Shown here piece after piece: positions 1 to 8,171 of a DNA stretch of 22,891 nucleotides. Position numbers and translations under genes: made by a program. Source of the stretch: Asterionella formosa. Its lineage: Eukaryota. The notes under the pieces were generated by a model. The model had not been told where the DNA came from and ran no database searches. It was given only the letters and a program-made list of their open reading frames with translations. The DNA lies in contig NKIB01012257.1 of NCBI GenBank assembly GCA_002256025.1, forward strand, positions 62,001 to 84,891, read 5' to 3'. The first letter of the stretch is position 1, and the number at the start of each line of letters is the position of its first letter.

Positions 1-81
1 GAAAAACCAAGAAGGCAGCCTAAGAATTGGAAGGGTGCAGGAAGGAAAATAAAAATCTTAATGGCATTTCCTTTGTATTAT

Positions 82-2391
82 CTACAGAATAATCCTGACT
101 CTTTGCTCGCCTTCGCGCCGTTTGTCCATGGAATCAAACTTGAGGCACTCGACTGACAGTATGGATTCAAACTGGGAGGCAAAGTGAATTCCGTCTACAA
201 TGCTGGCCTTTGCTCCAAAAGATTGTTTTAGTGGAGTCATCTCCACCTTCTGCCGCTTCCCAGCTAGATAACAATTCAGTGCGGTTTCATCAGGGGTCAC
301 TTTCTCTTTCTGCATGGCATATACAATTTGAAGAGCAATATCTGGTCGCAGCGCTCGTCCACTAACAAATAGTAGCCCATGATAGGAGGCGACAAGAGTT
401 AAATCCAGCGCTCTTTTGTCTCTGATACATTCTCTTCTGATCATACTCTTCCAAGCTGTTAATGCACCATTGATATCATCACCAAACAATCGGAAGACCC
501 CATTGACAAAGCGACCATCTATTGGCACTCCTGAACGAGAAGCATTCTGGAAGAGTTCTATTGCGACTGAGGCATTGCAATTACCATATTGCAATGCCTT
601 GGCAGCAAGAGCATAGGTCTGCGAGTTAGGTCTTGGGGCTCTGACACCAACTCCCTTACCTGAGATTTGCTTATTCATCAGGTCAAGCACAATGCGAGCT
701 GCATCTGGGGCCGACAATGAATCAATGTGGGTGGCAAGAGAAAATTTTAGATTCTGCGATATCACATTTCCTCCTCCTACAACCATCAATTCTTGTTCCA
801 AAACCCGAGCTGCTTCAGATGATCTAGCTTGAATCAGTGTGCTGCCATCCCCACATTTAGCAAAAGCGCCCATCAGAGCATTCCACGTACGAACATCGCC
901 ATTTGGAAACATTTCAAACATCCAGCAGGCCGACGATATATCTCTGAGATTTCCGTAAGCAGATATTGCTGCACGAAGGACGGCATCTGTCACGTCCACT
1001 TCACACTCTATTAAGCCCACACGCATCAGCTCTGTTAGTTCTTTTTCGTCCAATGCAAACCCAGTCATAGAGGTCAAAGTATACTTGTCTGGTCGAAAAC
1101 CTGCCTCTATCAATCTCCTGTACATTTCAATTGCTTTCCCTCTGATTCCTTGATCTCCATCTTTGTCAAAAATATTTTTATATCCAGATATCATAATGTT
1201 GTAGTGACGAGTAGATGCCCTAACCTTCAAGAATTTGTCAAAGACAATTTGAGCGCTGGCCATTTCCCCAGCTCTACAGAGAGTCGTCAAAAAAGCCGCA
1301 AATGCTGACGATAGCATCTCATCATCTTGTTTCTGAACAGTAAACGTTTCCAGCATCGTTGCTAAATCTTGAGTCTTACCTGTTCTTGCCAATGGCAAAA
1401 TAACCAAATCAATTGTGTATCGATCTGGCTGAAACACGGATATGATTTCATTCAGAATAGCAAGTGCTTCTTCGTTTGTTGTTGCAACTTTAAGGCGAGC
1501 ATGATAACAATACAGCGTAGGTTCGATTCCAAGGCGCACGAGCTCTTGCCACAGTTGGTCTACCAAAGGTCGACTTGACAAATTCATGACCGTTGCAAAC
1601 GACGTTGCATCCAAAGCAATATTCCAACGTGATTGACAGCTGCTCAATATCGATATGACGTTCTCAAGTCTATCGCCTTGATCATCTAACAAGGCTGCTA
1701 GATAAGTATTGAGTGCCAGCACACTAATTTGTTCTTGCTTCGCTGTTGCCACATCTCGTAGTTGATCTAATGTCGATTCCATCCTTTGGATTCGGCCACC
1801 TTGTCGAAGTCCTTGCAGGTACGCAACATACGCAATAGAGGATGGTAAATGTTGCTGCTGTAACAAGTCTTCCATTAATTGTTGTGCAGTGTCCAACAAA
1901 CCAGCAATGGACAGCACCTTGACCAGTCGTTCCTTAATATCTACAGAATTTGGTATATCTGATATTTGTAACAATCGACCAGCATCTGATACTTGTCGTG
2001 GTGTTCGCGCCTCCTGCAGCAATTTCAAAACAGCTATAAGGTTTGGATTTAATGAAATGTGTGGATACCGTTGTACGCTTTGAATCACCCATCGAAGCGA
2101 GTCTCGTCGTGAAGGAGCTGTCCGACTTTTCGGTGACAAATGCAAGATGGAGCGACGGGATGAATGTTTGTCTGGAAATCGAAAGGGTACAAATGCGCCA
2201 GTCCTTGCAATCACTAGAAGCAATAGTATAAGTAGTGATGAAGGACAAAGGACTCGTCGAAAATACGGAGGAGAAGATAATCTGTATCCGCAAGAGCAAT
2301 ACGATGTTGGAGATGATGATGTGCAGTTATAGCTTGGTGTTAATTGTTTTGTCGGCAACAAGGGCGTCCTGGAAGTATAACGTCGCTTCAT
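82..2391 (-). CDS. Pentatricopeptide-repeat (PPR)-like helical repeat protein, probably plastid-targeted, 769 aa
   Basis: Uninterrupted ORF from ATG 2391. PPR-like motifs include PSSIAYVAYLQG, LDATSFATVMN, GIEPTLYCYHARL, TRHYNIMISGY, GFRPDKYTLTSM, DVRTWNALMGAFAKCG, PNSQTYALAAKA and VTPDETALNCYL. Hydrophobic SLLILLLLVIARTGA followed by FVPF resembles a diatom ASA-FAP bipartite presequence. Confidence 0.85.
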   Translation of the reverse strand: MKRRYTSRTPLLPTKQLTPSYNCTSSSPTSYCSCGYRLSSPPYFRRVLCPSSLLILLLLVIARTGAFVPFRFPDKHSSRRSILHLSPKSRTAPSRRDSLRWVIQSVQRYPHISLNPNLIAVLKLLQEARTPRQVSDAGRLLQISDIPNSVDIKERLVKVLSIAGLLDTAQQLMEDLLQQQHLPSSIAYVAYLQGLRQGGRIQRMESTLDQLRDVATAKQEQISVLALNTYLAALLDDQGDRLENVISILSSCQSRWNIALDATSFATVMNLSSRPLVDQLWQELVRLGIEPTLYCYHARLKVATTNEEALAILNEIISVFQPDRYTIDLVILPLARTGKTQDLATMLETFTVQKQDDEMLSSAFAAFLTTLCRAGEMASAQIVFDKFLKVRASTRHYNIMISGYKNIFDKDGDQGIRGKAIEMYRRLIEAGFRPDKYTLTSMTGFALDEKELTELMRVGLIECEVDVTDAVLRAAISAYGNLRDISSACWMFEMFPNGDVRTWNALMGAFAKCGDGSTLIQARSSEAARVLEQELMVVGGGNVISQNLKFSLATHIDSLSAPDAARIVLDLMNKQISGKGVGVRAPRPNSQTYALAAKALQYGNCNASVAIELFQNASRSGVPIDGRFVNGVFRLFGDDINGALTAWKSMIRRECIRDKRALDLTLVASYHGLLFVSGRALRPDIALQIVYAMQKEKVTPDETALNCYLAGKRQKVEMTPLKQSFGAKASIVDGIHFASQFESILSVECLKFDSMDKRREGEQRVRIIL

Positions 2392-2519
2392 TTTGATGAA
2401 TTCCGATCTTCAATCTCCATGTCAACCCAGGAAGATAAGGGGAGAAATAATGATGTATGTAGTCTACCGACATGACGTTACAAGAAAGGCATGATTGTAA
2501 ACTCCACCACCGCGGACAG

Positions 2520-3600
2520 CATGATCGCAAAGCTAGTCCTGGTACATACGTACCCTGTGGGAGCGAGTTGCTGTGAAAGACGGTTCTTACTACCAGGTAC
2601 CAGGTAGCAGAAGGAGAACAAAGCTAAATTTCCCTTTACGGTAAGAACTTGCTTAGCAGCAGCAACAGTAGTCGGAGTACCAGCTGGTACCAGGTACCTG
2701 GTACCTGGTACCGTCCAGCTGAAAGTACCAGCACTGTACTGTACCCATATCCTGTGTCATTACATTGGGACCGGTGGCTACATGTGGTACCACAAGCCGA
2801 AGGGACCAAGCAAAAGCCTCCAAAGTAAAAAATCCAATCATTTGATGCCGACGTCAGCCACCTTCAACATCAGTTCTGGAGGTGTGTGTACATATGCATG
2901 TTGCTGAGAGGCATCTCACAAAAATGTAGCTGCATCATAATCCATGTACATACCAGATTGAGTACCGTACATGATACCTGGTACTCGGAGTAGCCATGTA
3001 GTGGACCAGATACCAGTACTCCGAGCACCACAGACCAGGACAGGAAGGTCCGGTAATCGAGATTTTTAGCTTAATCCTTTATTTCTTTCTAAGGAAAAAA
3101 CATGTTTCACCGGACCTTCCAGTGCCGGCAGTTACACAGAATGGATTATTGTTAAGTACCAGGCTCTGGACCTCAAGTGCTGTACCGTGTGCCACACTTG
3201 TACATACATTCATAGGGTCATCAGTGAACCGTGCTTACTTAACTCATGACGAGTAGAGTATTGCTACCGTATGATGCATGGTCCTGCTTACACGCGTTCG
3301 GAAGTCAGCGATGACTGTGAATTGTCTGTCCGGGTTATCACACTTTAGTTGTACTGTAGGATCATTTGCTCAAAAATACGCAGGGGCATGAATGTATCAG
3401 TGCTATACAAAATGTATGTACGTACGTATAGCCATACGAAAATATTTGATGCCTTGCTTACCAACGGTACCCTGGTACCAGGTACCTGGTAACTGTAGTA
3501 AATACGACATGCAGGTAATTCACATTGGACAATACAGAAATCATTTTCATCATCAGTATACCGGTAGGCTATCATTACTACCTGGTACCAGTATTAATAC
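2520..3600. promoter_or_regulatory. Divergent intergenic/promoter region (PPR gene and aureochrome) with GGTACC-based palindromic mini-repeats
   Basis: Lies between head-to-head genes. Runs include TACCAGGTACCAGGTAG (~2591), GGTACCAGGTACCTGGTACCTGGTACC (~2686-2712) and GGTACCCTGGTACCAGGTACCTGGTA (~3466-3491). Confidence 0.6.
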
Positions 3601-3639
3601 TCATTTCCTTTTTCCTTTTGCTTGGTTTCTTTGTTGATC

Positions 3640-4770
3640 ATGTCATTTAACGGCGAAGGCCTCTCTGGGGCAACTGGCGCCCCACAGCCCATGTTTGCAC
3701 CATCAGATCCGGTGAGTGAAAGATTGCCAAGAAGCAACGAAATGAAGAAAACAGAGCCGAAAAATTCATCACTGTCAGCCGTGACGTATCACATCACAAT
3801 TTTATGGATTTACGGCAGTACAAAAGTTGAATTTTCAACTATGATTATGGTAAAAAGTCCCAACTCATGTTGCTTGTTCATTTCTTTTCCGCTTCAGGTT
3901 GCTTCCGGATTATCTGGTGCATCAAATGTCGATCTCGATGATCTCTTTCGTGATTGCTATTTTGGAGATTTTCCCATTTCTGGTTTGCAAACTGACAATC
4001 CAGATGGCTCCTCCGCTGCCTTCAAGCCAAAAAAACGATCGCTAGATACCACAGGATTTGACGACGACGATGACGGTGACCTGAATGCCAAAAACTTAAC
4101 AGATGATCAAAAGGTCGAACGGAGAGAGAGAAATCGCGAACATGCCAAGAGAAGTAGATTGAGAAAGAAGTTTCTCTTGGAGAGCCTTCAAGAACAAATC
4201 CACGGCTTACAGGAAGAAATTGATGCCCTCAAAGGCGTTATTAAGAAAGAAATTCCAGAAAAGGCGGAAAGTATCTTTGCTTCCATGAATGGTGATCGCG
4301 CCAAGTATACTCCACTGCCCATGCCAAGCGGCTTTGGACCTGTCAAGACCTTGATGGAGCCTGACTTTCGGCTCATGTCCGCCCTTTCCGGATCACAGCA
4401 GAACTTCGCCATTTCGGACCCATCTCTTCCTGATAATCCTATTGTGTATGTTTCGCAGGGATTTTTGGACTTGACGGGATATACTCTAGATCAAGTGTTG
4501 GGACGGAACTGTCGATTCTTGCAAGGACCAGGGACGGACCAAAATGCAGTCGATGTTATCCGGAGGGGAATTCGAGAAGGCGTGGATACTAGTGTCTGTC
4601 TGCTTAACTATAAAGCAGACGGTACGCCATTTTGGAATCAATTCTTTGTTGCAGCACTTCGGGATGCTGAGAACAATGTAGTTAATTTTGTGGGAGTGCA
4701 GTGCGAGGTTAGCAAGGCAGTAGTGGAGAAGCAAATGAAAGAGCAGGGTACCAAGACGACTAGTGGGTAG
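3640..4770 (+). CDS. AUREO1c: Aureochrome (bZIP + LOV blue-light-sensing transcription factor), AUREO1c type; exons 3640-3711 and 3898-4770, about 314 aa
   Basis: bZIP basic region ERRERNREHAKRSRLRKKFLLESLQ plus zipper, followed by a C-terminal LOV domain with the GRNCRFLQG photoactive Cys. The linker PMPSGFGPVKTLMEPDFRLMSALSGSQQNF and the N-terminal DLDDLFRDCYFG match diatom AUREO1c as I recall it. The first real ATG is 3640; the ORF track starts at TTG 3622. Confidence 0.93.
   Translation: MSFNGEGLSGATGAPQPMFAPSDPVSERLPRSNEMKKTEPKNSSLSAVTYHITILWIYGSTKVEFSTMIMVKSPNSCCLFISFPLQVASGLSGASNVDLDDLFRDCYFGDFPISGLQTDNPDGSSAAFKPKKRSLDTTGFDDDDDGDLNAKNLTDDQKVERRERNREHAKRSRLRKKFLLESLQEQIHGLQEEIDALKGVIKKEIPEKAESIFASMNGDRAKYTPLPMPSGFGPVKTLMEPDFRLMSALSGSQQNFAISDPSLPDNPIVYVSQGFLDLTGYTLDQVLGRNCRFLQGPGTDQNAVDVIRRGIREGVDTSVCLLNYKADGTPFWNQFFVAALRDAENNVVNFVGVQCEVSKAVVEKQMKEQGTKTTSG
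3712..3897 (+). other. Spliceosomal intron in the aureochrome gene (186 nt, phase 0)
   Basis: Donor CCG|GTGAGT at 3712. Candidate branch AACTCAT, then pyrimidine tract TTCATTTCTTTTCCGCTTCAG ending 3897. Splicing joins ...PSDP to VASGLSG... in frame and removes a segment that does not look like aureochrome sequence. Confidence 0.8.
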
Positions 4771-4838
4771 TTGGACGATATTTCATGTTAATTTTCAAAA
4801 GTAAAAGCCTTTGAGTACATTTATGGCTGCAAACACTT

Positions 4839-7485
4839 TCAATCCTTTATTCTAGTATTCTTCGGGTCGTAAAAAGGAACCAGGGATAGTTTGCACGGGT
4901 ACTTTTTGTCAGCGATTTCAACTGCCCACGATGAACCACGAATGAAGTCTGCGTTGATGGGTTCGCAGGCTTCCAGCATGGTTAATCCGACTGCACCACC
5001 CAGCGTATGACCAAACGATGCAGATCGAATATCCGCGATGCGATTGCCATTGCGCCAAATGACTTCTCCATGCTTCATCAACGGCTCGGGGTCGAGACAA
5101 AGGACATGAGCCATGCGCTTGAATAAGCCACCTTTCTCTTTCGCTGTGTGTTTCTGAAAAAGGACTTGCTCTCGACCGATAAAGTCAACCTCGAAATCGC
5201 AAGTAAAGCCCAGTCCACATTCCAGCAGAGTGTCGGTATTGTCCATATCGTGACCATAGTCTCGATATCCCTTCTCCAATCGCAAACTTCCTAATGCACG
5301 CAGACCAGCATGGCGCAAGTCGAAGCTGGAACCCTCGTCTAGGATACGTTCGTACACATGCATAGCATACTCTTGCGGAATCATCAACTCATATCCCAGT
5401 TCGCCGACGTATGTGATACGAGTGCACAATACCCTGGCGAAGCCAATATCAATTTCAGCCGAGCGACGGAACGGAAACTGGGTCATGTCACACGATGTTA
5501 ATGATTGCAACAGGGCCCGTGAGTTTGGACCTTGTATATTGATTTGAGCATACTTTCCAGTAACATCGGTAACAAAAGCGTGCATTCCAGGTTTGAGATG
5601 TTTCATCATGTGTGCATACACATGGTTGTGCATAGTGTCAGTGGCAACAACAAGGAATTCCCCATTGTCAAGCTTTGTCACAGTCAAATCGGCTTCCATG
5701 TATCCCCGCTCACTTAACCATTGAGTATACGTAATTGTGTTGACATCTCCGTCCACATTTGCCGTTGAAAGGTGATTCAGGAACGCCCCAGCATCTCTGC
5801 CTTGAACTAGGAATTTACTCATAAAGCTCATGTCGAACAGTGCCACTTTTTCTCGACAAGCAATGTGTTCTGCAGCCCAGAAAGGAAACCAATTCTCGCG
5901 ACCAAAGCTCTCTTGTTCCACGATTGGGGTAATTCCTTGAGGAGCATACCATGCAGGGGACTCCCATCCACTCACGTCTCGGAAAAATGCATTTGCTCCT
6001 GCCAGTCGATCATGTAAGACGCTTCGCTTTGCTCCGCGACAAGAGTACGGTTGGTGATCAGGGAAGTGAATCTTGTATGTATTGCCAAGGGCTTCCTTCA
6101 CTCGTTCGGATCGATATGCAATGTTAGCTTGATTCTTATGAAATCGATCTATATTGATTCCAGTAATGTCAACATTTATTGGAGCATGACCCCCTTTGAT
6201 CCATTCAGCAAGGATTTTTCCAATCCCTCCACCAGTGAGTATCCCGACAGAATTGAGTCCAGCTGCGACGTAATAGTTCCTCAGTCCAGGAGCTTCTCCA
6301 ACGATAGGTGAGTTGTCGGGGGTAAAACTTTCTGGACCACAAAATAGTTGTTTGGCTCCAACATTCAAACCCGCAGGAACTAGTTCCATGGCCTTTTCGA
6401 GGTACGGTCCCATTCGATCCCAATCTGGTTCAATCTCACCAAAAGAAAAATCATGAGGTATCCCTTCCTCCTTCCATGATGCACCTTCCCATTCAAACAA
6501 TCCATACATCAAACCTGCTCCCTCGGGCCTAATATACACACACTTTGAGGAATCTTCAATGACAGGCCATTTGGGGTCTACTTCTGACATGGCATCCGTC
6601 AAAAAGTAGTAATGTTCAGCTGCTTGGTTAGGAATGATCACTCCCGATTGTTCACCCAGTTGTCTCGCCCACATACCAGCACAATTGACCACCACATTGG
6701 CTTCCATGGTAGTGCCATTGTCCAAAGTCACCCCTGATACGATAGGAAGTACACTCTCAGATGTATTTGTTTTCAAGACACCTGTAACAGAAACACCTTC
6801 ATGAATCGTCACACCATGTTGTCGTGCGCCTTTGGCTAATGCCATTGTAGCTTCGTATGGATTGACCCTTCCATCGTCCTTGACATAAAATCCAGCCAAA
6901 ACTGTCGTAATGTCACACAATGGAAATAAATCCTTGACTTGATGTGGTGTTATTTCTTGCACGTTGACACCACAGAATCGATTAAATGCAGCTACTTTGC
7001 GATAATAATACAAGCGTTGTACATCACAAGCAAGTTCAATAAATCCCACTGGATAATAGCCAGTTTCCATGCCCGTTTCTTGTGGTAGAATTTTGGAATA
7101 CAGTTCTTTTGTGTACTTTTTGTGATTGAACGAAATACATTGGATGAAATATGCAATGATGAGAGAACGACACGAACACTACGATCGAGAGGGAACGACA
7201 CTACCACAATCATTCACTACTTGTCCTTACCATTCGCATGTTAGTAGATGTACTTGACATGGATCCAAAGGTATTGATAAGACCAGCAGCATGCCATGTT
7301 GTTCCGGATGTTAGTTTATCTCTTTCTAGCAACACCACATTATCGAACCCTAATTTTGCAAGATGATAGGCAACTGATGTACCAATAATACCACCCCCAA
7401 TCACAATAACAGAAGGAGTCGAATTATGTAATGACCGTCGTTGTTGTTGTTGTTGTAAGAATGCAGTGGTGCATGTTCGAAGCAT
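4839..7485 (-). CDS. Dimethylglycine/sarcosine dehydrogenase-like flavoprotein (DAO FAD domain + GcvT folate-binding domains), probably mitochondrial; exons 7485-7231 and 7115-4839, about 843 aa
   Basis: Exon 1 has the Rossmann motif [10 protein letters not shown] and [11 protein letters not shown] (the covalent-FAD His motif of DMGDH/SARDH). Exon 2 has [39 protein letters not shown] and SLRLEKGYR. Splicing yields ...[24 protein letters not shown]. The N-terminus [20 protein letters not shown] resembles a mitochondrial transit peptide. The ORF track splits this gene in two. Confidence 0.92.
7116..7230 (-). other. Spliceosomal intron in the DMGDH/SARDH-like gene (115 nt, phase 0)
   Basis: Minus-strand donor ATG|GTAAGG at 7230 and acceptor AAAAG|TAC at 7116. 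Removal restores a continuous family-typical reading frame. Confidence 0.85.
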
Positions 7486-7841
7486 AGTATCTCGTGTCCA
7501 CAAGAACAACAACACAGTATTTTTATTGTAATACTTTGAGAAGCAAATGAAGTGGATTCCGGTACTTTTGTGGATTTATTATGACAATTCTCCAATGTTG
7601 TGACCATCAATCACAGAAGCGAGGCGAGACATGAAGAAGGGACGAAGTAGACTATCTTGCCCATATCGTAGAATTACCGGTAGGCTATTACTACGATATG
7701 TATTTACCAGTATTCCAAAACGGCCGGCAACATTAAAATCAAAAAGCCATATATCATGTACGCAGTACGCCCTACACTATTCCCTACACTTTTATTATAC
7801 ACCTCCTTTGTGTTTGTTCAGAATCGACATTTTGAACCATC

Positions 7842-8105
7842 ATGGTGGTTCTTGCCATTTCAGCCATTATTCTCATTGTTATTTTTGGCACCATTGCATG
7901 TGCGGTAGCCATTTGCTGCTGTATTTGTGATTGTCTTCGATGTGCTCTCTGTGGTCGATTCCAACCAGAAAGGCCAACTACCGGTACCGTTCTTGGTAAG
8001 CCAGCACCTCCAGGAACAACGACGACGACTACTACGACAACGACCGTTGGTCCAGATGGAATGAGAACAACAACCGTCAAGACGGTAGAGACTTCAAATG
8101 TATAG
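7842..8105 (+). CDS. Small single-pass membrane protein with Cys-rich juxtamembrane cluster and Thr-rich tail, 87 aa
   Basis: ATG in ATCATGG context. About 25 hydrophobic residues, then CCCICDCLRCALCG, then a Pro/Thr-rich tail with TTTTVGPDGMRTTTVKTVET. The Thr run uses varied synonymous codons. An AT-rich 3' flank follows TAG. Confidence 0.65.
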   Translation: MVVLAISAIILIVIFGTIACAVAICCCICDCLRCALCGRFQPERPTTGTVLGKPAPPGTTTTTTTTTTVGPDGMRTTTVKTVETSNV

Positions 8106-8171
8106 TATGCAGTATAAATAATATAAAATAGTATGAAACTTGTTTCGTATCAAGTGAATTACGCCACATCA

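Noticed and set aside
416..2332. Numerous 60-150 aa ORFs overlapping the long genes (also within 4188-6423, 8194-9414, 20129-22137)
   Set aside because: Antisense or alternate-frame shadows of real CDSs with no independent domain signal.
3622..3639. ORF-track upstream starts (3622, 7515, 16698, 18349, 19212)
   Set aside because: These are non-ATG starts from a prokaryotic-style caller. The first in-frame ATG was used instead.
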